Of a DNA stretch of 64,000 nt, positions 41,700-55,099 are shown one piece after another (position 1 is the stretch's first letter; each line of letters opens with the position of its first letter). A model generated the notes under the pieces. That model did no database searches. It worked only from the letters and a program-made list of their open reading frames with translations, and had not been told where the DNA came from. Made by a program: the position numbers and the translations under genes. The DNA comes from Octopus vulgaris. Taxonomy: Eukaryota. The stretch lies in contig OX597816.1 in assembly GCA_951406725.2 (NCBI GenBank), positions 95,418,001 to 95,482,000 on the forward strand. Reading direction: 5' to 3'.

Positions 41700-42850
41700 A
41701 CGAATTTTTTTCTCTGTTAGCAGTCATCACTCTAGTTCGTGCCTTGTACTTGTTGATTTCCTTGAAGGCAGAAAAGGATATTTTCGTTTATTTTGCATAT
41801 TTTGTAGCTATTGATATTAATTTGTCATTATCGTTCTCTAGATCGTTTTATATTCCCACTGTGAATATTACCTGATAGTAGTTTATTTGCAGAAGGTGCC
41901 TACTTCCTTGGAGATAAATATGTTTTCTGTCGCAAATTATGGTAGTTTACTCTAAATTTAGTCATCATTACTTTTGCTTACTTTTTTTCTAAACTTGGTA
42001 ATTCATATAATTTCCAGTTGAAAAACAAAAATAACATATTACTGGGATAGTAAAAATGTTAATAACTATCAAAATTGTTTTCGGGTTTAGCTCTTTTTTA
42101 TATATTAATCTAGAACATCTATAATAATTCATTGTAATTCCCTAATTCCCAAGTTTTTGCATGATGCGTTTTGTTTAATGTCCTTTGCACGATTTAATTT
42201 AATGTAAAATGACATTAATGATTTTTAATCCATTGTCCTCTCCTGAATGTTGTATCAGCACATATTTCTAACACCTGTATCTCTTTGATTCTGCTAGTTA
42301 ATCCAAGTAATGTCTCAGTCAGTGTTTCTAGGTGTTTACCATCTGCAGCGTATAACTTGGCGTCATTCATTTACGAAAGTAATATTTTCATATTAGCTGA
42401 ATCCGAGTCCTTCCGGTGTAACATGATGGATAAATGTATTAACACAAGTCAAATATAAAGTGAAGTGAGGGAGTCCCCTTTGACGATACATTTCTTAATA
42501 GCTAGAATTATTTTTATTGTTTCCTCCATTATTTTTGTCTGCAGAATTGTTTGCTACTTTTTCTTTTCTTGCAATGGTTGATGTAACAGTTGTTTATTAG
42601 TGTTATATTACACGGGTTTAATGTTTTCATAAATCACAACATCTGGTAATGAATTCCTGTCATGCACAAACTTTTTCCTTGTACAGTTTTCAATAATGGC
42701 TTTGCAGATCATTAATTGATTTAATAACCTCTTCGGTTAGTTTAAAAAACATTTTTTAGTTAAGACTATTTTCCAGAACGAAATGCGTTTTTTTCTTCCT
42801 AGATATAAACTTACATGTGTGAATGATCGGATATGATGTTAAGAAATATA
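41700..42850 (-). mobile_element. Degenerate R4/Dong-like LINE RT fragment
   Basis: Minus strand IKKCIVKGDSLTSL (cf. IKRGIFQGDSLSPL) at ~42460-42500 and MNDAKLYA (cf. MDDLKLYA) at ~42345-42370. Boundaries are approximate. Confidence 0.55.
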
Positions 42851-43496
42851 CATCCAATTTAATCAACGATCGTGTTATGATTTTCTGTGGTTTATAAATT
42901 TATTTCGGAAAACATGATCTTAAATTCAAAAGCAATAGCGTCACCTAATCATTACTTGGTTACATAAGGACTTTGTGTATAGGTGCATTGATACTGCACT
43001 AAAGTTTCAAGTTTGAATGCTACATATATTCTCGATAAACTTTTAAAAATTAAAAGAAAAGATAAAAGAACAAATAAAAACGATGTGCTGTAAATGAGTG
43101 AGAGAAAGAAGTGAGAAAATGGCAAAACAACACTGCATTATTGTTACTAGAAAACGGTGCTCCTGAAGCTGAAATGTATATATATATACGTATATACAAG
43201 GCTGATTGTTATGGCCAGTCAGAGAGTAACCATTGGTTCCGCAACCATAAAGAGCTGGCTATATAGGAGACTCGCCAGACACAAATGGCCGGAGGCACAT
43301 AACCTCTGTACAGCTCAAAGGAGTAAAACGGTATAATCAGTTAGTCTCGTGAACTAAAAATATATTAATAATCCGGAATGACCATGTAGTGGGGACGGGG
43401 TTATCTCTCTTACATCAATTCCAGCTGTGACAAATTACGAAGTTGTTGGCGTGATTCTAATCAGCGAATGGGGAATTCTAAACTTGCAACAGGAAA

Positions 43497-43706
43497 TACT
43501 TGCTTACATCGATTTTTCCCGTTGATATATGATCGCGGTTGTTCGAGGAGCCTCTATTTGCTTATGTACGTTGTGCCATACTCTTTTAAACGCCATACCT
43601 GCCTGAGCGGGTACGTAATGTCCCTCTTCGCTATCCTAAGAGAAGACTTGCGGTTATTCAGACGGTGTTTAAAGGGGTCGACCGTGGAATAGATATATTT
43701 CCGAGT
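43497..43706 (-). pseudogene. Penelope-like (Neptune-type) GIY-YIG fragment, degenerate
   Basis: KYIYSTVDPFKHRLNNRKSSLR...QVWRLKEYG..Y.SK*RLLE..RSYINGKNRC has the same motif order as 3113-3390. Confidence 0.65.
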
Positions 43707-44018
43707 CTGTGCAGTGGATGTCATACAGCTGCTGTTGTGTCTTTCATTAACTCCGGGCTCGATGTCGTTGTTGTTTGCTGAAGTTGCTGCCGTTGTTGCC
43801 TACGCTGCTGCTCTAGCTACTATTACCGGTCGACACCTCAACCTCATACACAATCCTCTCGGCTCCTTTGGGAACTCATTATACACCCCACATGAGCATC
43901 CTGCCTTTAAATGTATGTATGTATATATGGAGAAAATTTCTCTCAGATAATGTTTACTCCAGACAGCTCACTAAGGTTTGGAGGTAAATACAGAAAAATA
44001 TCACAAGTACATAGATCG

Positions 44019-44081
44019 TTTGAGTACGTCAACGTTTCAAGATCAGCGAAATAAAATCAGCATTTCTTTCGTCAGCTCAAA
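44019..44081 (-). ncRNA. Type I hammerhead ribozyme motif (left arm, minus strand)
   Basis: Mirror copy of 44303-44365, differing only at two positions in the helix II loop. Confidence 0.75.
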
Positions 44082-44302
44082 ATTTCTTAATTTGGATTTG
44101 GAAACACTAAACAGAAGGAACTTTACCTCTCTGCGAACTTGTCGCTTCAAATGAACCAGCTCCAACTGATAGTGCTAACAAATTCAAAATGCGCAGGCGT
44201 AAATTTCTGCACTCCTTTTCCACCCACGTGGTCTATCAAGCAAACATTATATTTTAACCGCGAGAACCAAGGTTTAGTGTTTCCAAATCCAAATTAAGAA
44301 AT

Positions 44303-44365
44303 TTTGAGCTGACGAAAGAAATGCTGATTTTATTTGGCTAATCTTGAAACGTTGACGTACTCAAA
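44303..44365 (+). ncRNA. Type I hammerhead ribozyme motif with canonical core
   Basis: Helix I TTTGAG/CTCAAA (6 bp), core CTGACGA, helix II AAGA/TCTT with a 22-nt loop, GAAA, helix III ACG-ttga-CGT, cleavage triplet GUA. Predicted cut after 44359. Confidence 0.78.
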
Positions 44366-44660
44366 CGATCTATGTACTTGTGATATTTTTCTGTATTTAC
44401 CTCCAAACCTTCGTGAGCTGTCTGGAGTAAACATTATCTGAGAGAAATTTTCTTTAAGTAGTAGAAACGGCTAAAAAAATTTTTTTGGCTGCTATTTCTA
44501 CTAAGTTCAGTATGTGGCAAAGTAATTTATTTTACTAAGCCCTAATTATATAATGTAATATTATGAATTCGCCTTAAATGGTCCTTTTACATACTGAACA
44601 CTTGGTGAAATTGATTAATTAATTTTACCCTCAAATGTTGATATATGTATATATGTATAT

Positions 44661-44956
44661 CACCGTGACCTCCCTCACCGACCAGTTTATCAGATGTTGC
44701 TACATATCGCTGGTCACAATGCACTTCGCATTGTTTTAGCCTTCAAATGACGCCACCCCGCTGGCTAAGTGAGCAGGCCAACAGAAGAAAGAGTGAGAGA
44801 AGGTTGTGGCGAAAGAGTACAGCAGGGATCACTACCACTTCCTGTCGGAACTTCGTGGAGCTTTAGGTGTTTTCTCTCAATAAACACTCACAATCGAAAA
44901 CCGCGATCCTACGACCGCGAGTCCGCTGCCCTAACCACTGGACCATTGCGCCTCCA
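44661..44956 (-). mobile_element. tRNA-derived SINE family C
   Basis: Minus-strand head tggaggcgcaatggtccagtggttagggcagcggactcgcggtcgtaggatcgcggttttcgatt (A-box and B-box like, truncated T-arm), followed by a tRNA-unrelated body. Flanked by (TA)n. Confidence 0.75.
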
Positions 44957-44960
44957 CATA

Positions 44961-45004
<44 letters not shown>

Positions 45005-46379
45005 CATATATGTATAATTACATGTAAATATATATATACGCATAGGCATATAATTGCCCTAGCTTCTCTCTCTCTCCCTCTTTTGATATATATATACATA
45101 CATACATACATACATGCATACACACATACACACACATACACACATACATACATACATACATACATACATACACATACATACATACATAGAAATATAATAT
45201 ATAGCTAGCAAAAAAAAAACAAAATAACAATCTGCTACATATACCAGCCAATCTTCATACTAACAAACACATGGAAAAGTATTCTAAATAATATACTTGA
45301 TATAAAGTTTGGGAAGAAAAGTGTTACGGTCACAAGTTGTACGTTGTTCACTAACAACTTAGATTTTGAATATAACAATAACAACAATCGCAAAAGTATC
45401 AAAACTACAATATATAAATGAAACATATGGAGAACGACAGACGTAGAGCAGCAAAAAGGACCAAAAGAACTACGAAAAGTAACTAAAATCGTGTTCCACC
45501 ATGACTACAGATTATCGATCATCAAAAGCTGAAAGACCGAAAGAGAATTATATGAACGAAAATATGAACAGAATTGAATATAACAAGATCAAAGTCCAAC
45601 CAACAAATATAGTTAAAAATTTTCGACTAGACTATGGCATGAATATTAGAGTTGAAAGAATTAAAGAACTGAAATCGATGAATTTTCCCTTTTACCATTC
45701 AAAGACTTGTTACAGATATAATTTTACATAGCTTCATATATGACTGAAATTGCCACGGTTAGTGTAATATCGGAAATTTCAGACCGGGTCCTTCAGAGTA
45801 AATTTCACTATTGAGAAAAAAGAAGAGTATTTCATTGTACTCTTTCTGTCACTTTTTCGAAATACTACAAGTCATGTAATGCAGACCACCAAAGTCTCCA
45901 CCACCACCACTTTATGAAGTTTGAAATATAAACACATCTCCTTCTCTGTCTGTATTTCGCCTGGAAATTGTTATCTTTACTAAGGGTGTGTGTTTCACAT
46001 TTCATTCAGCAACAAGGCAGGTTTCCCTAGACAGTGGATGCTTCAGTTCCTTCGTCTCTTTACTCATGGTTAAGTAGCACGCTTTGCGATTTTAAATTGC
46101 CTCGTTTTTGAATTTCTTCTTATTTGAGATGAGCTCTGTTTAATGGAGACTGGCTCCTCCATTACAGGCTGTCTTTCATAGGTTTTGACGCCTGCCCGGA
46201 ACACATGCGTTTTACTGCTCATTTGCATATGTTACGAACAAATCCACTGATCCGCTTCAGTTTTCATCTAGTCCCTATCTTTATAAATAGATGTGGTGGT
46301 ATTGCTGAGAGAAGCGGTTTTCCGATCATCTAAGTTTGGCTATTATTGTAGTCTTAGCCCACGCATTTTCTAATCGACC

Positions 46380-47010
46380 GTCACCTGTCAGTCAGCGAAG
46401 CTGATTCAGTGTCAGCTTGTCTCACCTAGTAATGTTATTTCCCGTCGGCATGTTATGACTTTCAAGCCATTTTTGGTCTTCCCGCTTCAGCCATATATAG
46501 AAGCTGGCTTTTTCGACCACCTCCTGTACTCTCATTAGTTTTCGCAGCTCGGAGCTAGAAAAAAACAAATCTTTTTTTGAAAAGCGTTGTCATTTTCCTT
46601 TCAATGAAGCCTTTAGCCCCCACTGCCAGGTGATAATATTTGACATTCCATCCCTGTTCTCTGCATTCTTCGATTAGCTTTTCGTATGTCTTTTCCTTTC
46701 GTTCCTCTGCATTGCCGATGTTCTCTTCCCAAGGTACTGTCAGTTCTAGTAAAATTCCTATTCTCCGGTCTCTGTTCCATAGGACTAAATCTGGTCTTTT
46801 TTCTCGTTTTTATTAGTGGAAATATTACTTGTCTTTCCAAATCCATGGCCACCTCCCAGTATCCCTTCCATCATTCGTCTATCTCGTATGCTTTACTTGT
46901 AGGTCTGGTTTTATATCCTTTTCCCGCTTTATGTTCTTGGTTCTTAACTATTGGCAAATATAATGGAATGTATTTTGACAGTTCAAGAATTGTGCGTTGG
47001 TCTACCTAAG
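46380..47010 (-). mobile_element. HERO-like non-LTR retrotransposon, restriction-like endonuclease 3' fragment
   Basis: A frame not in the ORF track reads RPDLVLWNRDRRIGILLELTVPWEENIGNAEERKEKTYEKLIEECREQGWNVKYYHLAVGAKGFI, a PD..E..K RLE with the ELTVPWEE signature. Confidence 0.8.
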
Positions 47011-48925
47011 GAGCAACTTCTATTTGCTGCTGTTGTTGCTTTTGTAATTTAAAAGATTCTGGGCGTAAAGTTCTTAAATGTTTATTTATTTATCTTTTTT
47101 AGTGTCACTTTTAGCACGTGGGTCTTCTGTTCCGATACTGTATTTCAATCACAACTCGATGAAGCACAACTCTCATACTGCTTGGTGGCTTTGCAAATTC
47201 AAAAGGATTTTCGATATGTGGTCCCATCGTGACCACTTGGAACCACATACCACAGAAAGTTACATTTGCACTGACCACCTGCAATATTATGCCACGGAAG
47301 TGACTATTAGGTAGAAGTTGGCGTAGTTAATGAATTTCTTGGTGGTGACACTTGTATTTCTTTTTCCTAAATATTCTGGAACTCGTTTATATGCAGGCGG
47401 ATTGCATAGAATTTAGACTGTCACTTTAACTGCTAGCTCAGATTGCCTAATAGATAAAACAGAATACAAATGTTTTCTGATTCAAAAACGAAATCTTTAG
47501 GAAGTACATCTATGTTTCTCGTCTTATCATCCATCCTTTTTGATGCTAGATTGTTACAACCTAGCGCTTGTCTTCTAAAACAAAATGTTTGTTAAGGTCT
47601 TTCAGCAAAATGTTCCATTTATAGTTTTATCTTCCATTGAAGAACACTCATGAATGATGGCATTTTGTCAGTCTTCAAAACAATTTAGCTTTACAGTATC
47701 GTGTTTGTACTATGAGGTTTTTTTTTGAGGTTGTCAAGCATGTTATCTGATATGCAATGCTTTTTATTGAAGTGGTATATTATTGAAATGGTGTAGTATT
47801 ATTAATAAAATGGTATTTTATTGAAACGGTATATTCTATTTATTGTAACTTTTTTGTGATGTGTTCATTAATATTATTTTGACAATTTGACAATGGCATT
47901 TACCGGTGTAATTCTCTTTGGATTGCTACCGAAAAATAAGAAGCAATTATTTTTAAAAGTACAATTAAAAAACGGAGAATTTTTGGAGTAATTTATTTTT
48001 AATATCTGAAGGAATCAAAAGGAGATATAATACAAAAAAAAAAAAAATGATAATTATAAAGTTTTTTAATATATTCTCTACAAGCGCGTCAAATAAAGGT
48101 ATATCACAAAGGCAGATAACAAAAGCGTGGGATTGTACAGAGAAATTGAATGGAGAAAATTATTGATTTCGTTTTACAATCCTAATTATTTCGAATTGTC
48201 AGCGACATTTGTTTAGAAATATGAACGATTTTAATTATTAAATTTGTTATCATTTAGTATCTTCTCTGCCGATATTCAGTTTCCCTATGGTTCTATGGTC
48301 AAAGGCGTTTCAGTCCTGATTACCTCGTATTTGTACTTCTATAATTGCATTTGTGGCTATATTCTTCTCCCTCTTTTTTAAGACAGTGGAGTATGATGTG
48401 ACGGAATTTCTCCAGGGTTTCTAATACTTGGATTGAAAGTGTAGAGGCTCTTGAGTTGGCTTGAGCAGACATATATGATTACAAATGAGAGTCCACAATA
48501 ATTTCACTACATTAACACATTTTCCGTAAGCTATTTATAGAGATGCTTTTCATTACTTGTTTCTTGTTATAGTTTAAGGAGAATATTAACATACCCAGTT
48601 GCATGTGTCTGGGATAGCGTATTGGCATTTATTATCATATTCAAAATTGATTGTGATAGAAGAGTGACTAAATATTTATTGAGTAGCATAACAATTTTAT
48701 TGATTTATTGTGATTCAACCAACACATTATGAGGTATAGAAAACATCTGCAATATTAAAATCATGGGATTTCGTGCGAAGCTTTTTGGAAGTCTATTAAT
48801 TAAATTTGGTTTGCATCTTTTGCTTCAGATTCGTGAACCTGTTTTACCAGTTTATTATTCGTAGTATCGAGTTAACGAAGGATAGGCATCAATATCCGCT
48901 CCTGCTAATCCTGTAAATAATATAC

Positions 48926-48995
<70 letters not shown>

Positions 48996-50091
48996 GCACA
49001 CACACACACATATACACACACACATACATATACACGTGTGTGTGTTTTTATGTACGGGTTTGTGCTTCCGTATTTATCCCATCCTGAATTTACTGTAGGA
49101 GAAATTAAGGACTCGTGATATGAAGAGTACATTTACGGGTGTAATTGTCAATAGATTCAGTCAACACTTCTTATCAGTTTATTTCTGGTAGATTGTAGCA
49201 TGAAAAGATGAACGCATAGCATGATTATACAATTAAACTATATCAAAGATAAGCTTCCTCTCCAAGTCGGGTAAATCCTTAAGCTGTAATCAGTAGCTGC
49301 TCTTCTGAAAATATCTCCGTACTAAAGTGATTTCCTGATCAGTTGAAAGAAGACAGTTACATCTACCTCTATTCTATTATACAGGAATCTCTTCATCATA
49401 AGCCCATTAGTGCTTGAAACGCTCTTCAACACTGATACTTTTGAGATAATATTATGTTTAACCACTTCTTTTTCTTGAGAATTTCAGCAAATTTTCAGAT
49501 ATCCACGATATAAGAATTTCTTGCTCTTTCCTGCCAACGTGCACATATATTAGGTTTTAATTGTTAGTCGATTCTATTTGACACATATCCACTTTATATC
49601 AAATTTGATGGGACTCAGATTGATTCTCCTACAGTCTTCTCTCTGTACAATCACACACACACAGAAACACACGCACGCGCACGCACACACACACACGTAC
49701 ACATATTATGGCTTTCTAACATGAGATGATTGAGATGATAACACATCTTGATTTTATATCTAAAACATTCCCCAATGTATACATAAGAGCGTAGTCTCTT
49801 TTAATAGTATTATGACATAGTATTGCACCAAAAAATACCTATTCATAAACATCATGAAGATAATCATCAGACCTATATGATACTAAATCTTACAAAATGG
49901 CTATATTTCATGATTGAATAACATTAAAACTTGTTCGATACTTTATTTTCAAAACTGAGTTTCAGTTCATAGAAAAACACCGATTCAACTCTGATCTGTT
50001 TTGGATTTTATAAGGCTCATAAGTGACCCATGTTAGAGTATTCTCACATTCTGGCGCTTTGTGACTGCTGAACACAAAGCATCCCACGCTA

Positions 50092-50498
50092 TTCTTTTAT
50101 TCTTTTATTCTTTTACTTGTTTCAGTCATTTGACTGCGGCCATATTGGAGCACCGCCATTAGTCGAGCAAATCGACCCCAGGACTTATTCTTTGTACGCC
50201 TAGTACTTATTCTATCGGTCTCTTTTACCGAACCGCTAAGTTACAGGGACGTAAACACACCAGCATCGGTTGCCAAGCGATTTTGGAGGAACAAACACAG
50301 ACACACAAACGTATACACACATAGGCACATATATATATACATATATACGACGGGCTTCTTTCAGTTGCCGTCTACCAAATCCACTCACAAGGCTTTGGTC
50401 GGCCCCAGGCTATAGTAGAAGACATTTGCCCAAGGTGCTATACTGTGGGACTGAACTCGGAACCATGTGATTGGTAAGCAAGCTACTTACCACACAGC
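50092..50498 (-). mobile_element. Near full-length SINE family A
   Basis: Collinear with 20076-20480 over ~400 bp, with a (ttctttta)n tail at the left. Confidence 0.9.
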
Positions 50499-52192
50499 AA
50501 GTATTTCAACTGAAAATGATTCGCAATGAATAACAATTTACGCATCTCTGGACACGCATACAATTTACAATAATTGCGAACGTGATTTGTCTCTCTTTTT
50601 CTATGTTATTCTTACTTTATTTTCATTCTCTGATCCTGTACTGAAGAATTTCTTTTAAGCAGAACGGCTTATACTCACGTACTACTAAGATTTTCCCAAA
50701 CGTCATCGACCTAAAGAGATAGAGCCAATAGAGAGGTCATTCTCTCTCTCAAATCATTATCTTCCAACTTAAGAAAGACGCATAATAAATGGTGTACATC
50801 TTGATGCAATGGCTTGAGTGACAAAATAGAATGGTAACGGGAGTTAATATTGATCTTTTCAGGGCTGATTCTGGATTAAACTACAACAGCAATCAACTAA
50901 AGAGAAAATATTCCACTAGTAATTGTGAGTACACTTTCTCCTCCTTGTAAATACGGAATAAAGTAGCAACAGTTTTCCGTTTCTCTGTAAATTACAAACC
51001 AGTTTGGCAGATCCTATCTCGTTGAATATTTTGGATATTTATTGATCTTTCTGCTCATATTGATTTCATTTTCATTAAGTAAACTTATTTCATATGATAT
51101 TTAATTTCAAATTACGCTTAAATTGTTATTAACTCGAGAGAAATATACATAGAATAACCCAATGTTATAATAATGATCCAATTAAACAGGGCATTGTGGC
51201 GAATCGCTTGCGCTGGAAGAGGATGACCATCCCTTGAGTGCGTAATAGAATTTTCCTCCTATAGAAATACATCTATCAATCGGAGATCAAAAGTCTGTAA
51301 CAAGTAGTACAAGCGATAGCTGTCGATATATTCTGGCACGAAAGAGTCATTTATGTAAAAGTACTTATCAAAATATGTCAGGGCGAGTTCGTGTTGTCCT
51401 CCCATCGGAAATAAAATTATATTTCTAGTAACGTACGCGATTTGCTATAAAGTTTCGAAATTATAGGTTCGAAGAAATGTAGGATTTTAAAAACATTGTA
51501 AAAGATCAGAGATATTTTAGAGGCGAAAACATTGAGTGAAATCGAAATAATTTTTGTTATACCAACTTGCTTTTGTTGATTATGTCATAAAGATAGCAAA
51601 GCATTATGTCTACCGATACTGGCAATCTCTCCCCCACCCCCGGAAGACGGAGGCCGGATTGAAGGTAATGTTTAAATGCATCAATTACTGGATGCATATT
51701 AACATCTGCCAACATCACAAGTAGTACGTATTTCCGAGCCCCTCAAATCAGCTGTCGGTCCTGAAATATACTCTCTACCCCTAGTTTTCTGTATTTTGTA
51801 CTTCATGGAAATCTCTTTTGTTAATATATAAATAGATTTATGCTTAATCATGAATATACATCTAAATATTTCAGTTGTTGGTTCGCTCTGTAATATATCC
51901 CTTTATATATTTACATGCAGATATGTATATACAATTTATATATCAAGTCCAAGTGTATTTATTTTGTTTTCTTTTTTGTATCATTAGCTCCATATCAGCT
52001 TACCTGGATTCCTCTTATAGCCATTCTTTAGTTCTCGGACTTAGACCACGATAAAGATTTTGGAGTGAAAGTTCAAATCCTTTCAGCACTAGTACGCGTA
52101 TATACTTATACACGCACACTCAAACAAATAGACACACACAAACAAACAGAAGCACACACACACACACACACATACACACACACATACACACA

Positions 52193-52226
<34 letters not shown>

Positions 52227-54105
52227 AACACGCACACACACACACACACACACACGCATAACGTCTGGAAAGTCACGGCTGTAACGCCATTGCTATTGCC
52301 CATTTTTTACTCAATCAACACTGACCACTAGTTAAATAAAACTAGTCCCATCACCATGCGAAATGAAAACACAAGATGATTCTATAAAGGAATCTAAATT
52401 TTCAAATAATTAAAAAGAAAGGTTATCTATTTTGTAACAAGTTAAAATTTTCAATTTTTATAAATTTCCCCAACTGTGTCAAGACTCTTATCACAACATG
52501 CCTGCGGTTTTTAATTCCAAGACTATTCTTCCCGTACCTTAAACGGCTATATCGTCGGCCTACTATTTTTCTGTAGGATCTTTGTAATTTTTCTCATTTT
52601 ACAATAGCTTCGTTTTCAAGCATATTGCACTTTACATATCCTTCAGAGTTTTAGTATTTGTATACTAAAACAAGTATAGTGAAAAGTGCATCCACTATCA
52701 CAAGTACATTTTCTACTTAATTTGTACACACACACAAACACACACACACAGACACACACACATACAGATGTGTGCGTGCGATGGTACAAAATATACTTAA
52801 CACGATTTTGTGATATTTACTTATCTTGAGATTTATATTTTGAATTGACTTTTCTTCTTGGCTAATTCAGAAAAACATACCGGGTTTCATGAAGTAGTTG
52901 ACTTTTAAATTATGGTCAAACGGCAAATATACTTCTTAAGATTACTTTTATTCCTAATTAGCTTTGAAACTCGTAGCTATTTACTCAATTTATTGACTCT
53001 GATTCAAATACTGATTTGCTATGCGCTTTGGAAGTTTACTATTATCTTGCAACTATTACTCGTTTCATCGAATAAAACAGCAGATAGAAAATCTTTCCAT
53101 TTATTATTTTCAGTGAAACCTGGTCCCTAGAAAGCATTTTATACATATATGCAAAACATATATTTTAATCGAACTATATTTTAATCGAAATATATCTTTG
53201 ACATATTTTAACTTCTAAGGGCAAATTAACTGCAGGTACCGTGGAGAAAAATTATTTCTCATTGAAAAAGGTGTAAAATCATTACGAGCGCTACTAAGTT
53301 GCTGATGTTGATTGTTTTAGATAAAGCTAGGACTTTGAAGCTACTCATGGTTATCTCATTTCGGTATTTCCCGTTGAGGGTAAAGAGCCAGAAACGCGTC
53401 TGTGATCTCCTAGAGGAAAGCACTGGGGAGATATGGTATTTTCACAGCTTTTACCATCGGCGATAATATTTCTGAATGGTAACTGCAGTTAAGTTGCCTT
53501 TAGAACTTAAAAACATACCTAAACTAACCTATAGTTCGTTCATTCCTCATCTGCGCTTGGCGTTGATGCTGTTATATATTTAAATGTCTGGTTTATATCT
53601 TTTGTTATACGATTGTTCCGAAAAGTGGTATCAGCGTAAACGTAGAATCAACCAACAAAATCTTGTTAGTTTACCTTTTGGTGTCACCGATCTGAACACA
53701 ATTACCGTCCACACAACACCTACAGAAATCCATTTGCTATAGCCTGGTGTCCATTTTAGTTAACTCGATATCTTAATCAAGAAGACACTAATAGCAATAC
53801 TCATTAATTATCGTTATGCACTGCTTACAGTTGTAATGATATTGAAAACATACATGGAAATCACACAAAAGCTTATGCAATCGCTACAAATACCACGAGT
53901 GATCTTTCATGTCAAGATTCGTAAATCTAACATTTCCAAAACTGCATTATAAACGCTTGGGTTGTTACTTATAGCGGAGAAATAGTTCTCTCCTTATCAG
54001 TAAATAACACACTAGAAAATTCCTAGGAATCGTACTCTGCTCATATATATGGAATTGTGCTGTCGCTATACATAGACAGTTCATAGACAGCATGCAAAAG
54101 ATTCC

Positions 54106-54147
54106 TGGCTGATACGTGTTGATGAATGAATCAACACGTATCAGCCA
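54106..54147. repeat. Perfect 18-bp stem hairpin
   Basis: tggctgatacgtgttgat-gaatga-atcaacacgtatcagcca. Confidence 0.95.
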
Positions 54148-54877
54148 TTAGTTCACAAACGGGCAGTTTCCTTGCCTTGTCTCTCCTGTTAATATCAAAA
54201 TGGACTCTACATATTTCAAGTAGCAAACATAACTTTCCAGGCGCCAAACATATTTCCTCGGAAATCTTAAATTTACAACATTGTATCTGACAGATATAGT
54301 CGATAATGTTATATCTAGTAAAAACAATAGCGAAGTAGGAAAACGTCTGAGCGTAAATTGTAAATGTCAGTTTCGCTTAAGTCACTTATAAGACACATTG
54401 TTTTATGATATAGATTTAAATCGATTGTTTAAGGGTTGTTTAATTTCGTGTGAAGGATTTTTTCAACAATTTTATCTAATCTAGTTACTTTAATATTTCT
54501 CAAAATTCTCAGCAAAAGACTTTCCTTATTTTTTACAGATTTTTTTTAGTTAATTTGCTTGTGTGTTGATTTAATTTCCTATCTAGAACTTGAAATATTT
54601 TTTTCATATTATTACATTAAAATTCCACTGGGGAAGTAATACTGTTATAGAGGCAAACTTTTAATTTTCAATCAAGTGACAGTGTAATGAAAATATGTAA
54701 GATTGATTATAATGACACAAATTTATCATAGTTCAAATGAAACCAGTATATGACATTTTCTGGTATTTTAGTTTCACCCAAAGCTATGCAGTGATGTTAA
54801 ATAGACTGGGATTTGAATTCAGAATCTAAAAGGAAATTTCTAAATACTGCAAAAACGTTAATCCGACATTAACAATA

Positions 54878-55092
54878 ATGGTTTCAAATCTTAGCCCGAG
54901 GCCAGAAATTTTCTGGAAGAGAAATAGTTTATCACATCGACCCCAGTGCTCAACTGGTAATTAACGTATCAGCCATGAAACGATGAACAGCAAAGTCGAA
55001 TACTGCGGATTTTGAACTCAGAAGAGATATAGCTATGCAGTTTTACTAACTCGCTAAAGTTTCTGGCAATTCGTTGCTCTTCATCAGCTCGC
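54878..55092 (-). mobile_element. SINE family B, degenerate, inverted relative to the adjacent array
   Basis: atcgaccccagtgctcaactggta...caaagtcga...tttgaactcagaa is the reverse complement of the family B body. Confidence 0.7.
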
Positions 55093-55099
55093 CACATTT

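Larger units (their letters stand above)
43931..44453. repeat. Near-perfect fold-back element: 182-bp arms (43931-44112, 44272-44453), 159-bp spacer
   Basis: The arms are reverse complements. I counted 3 mismatches by eye. Confidence 0.95.

Noticed and set aside
54964-54976. 13-nt match (acgtatcagccat) to the right arm of the 54106-54147 hairpin
   Set aside because: Short, inside a diverged SINE, and compatible with chance.
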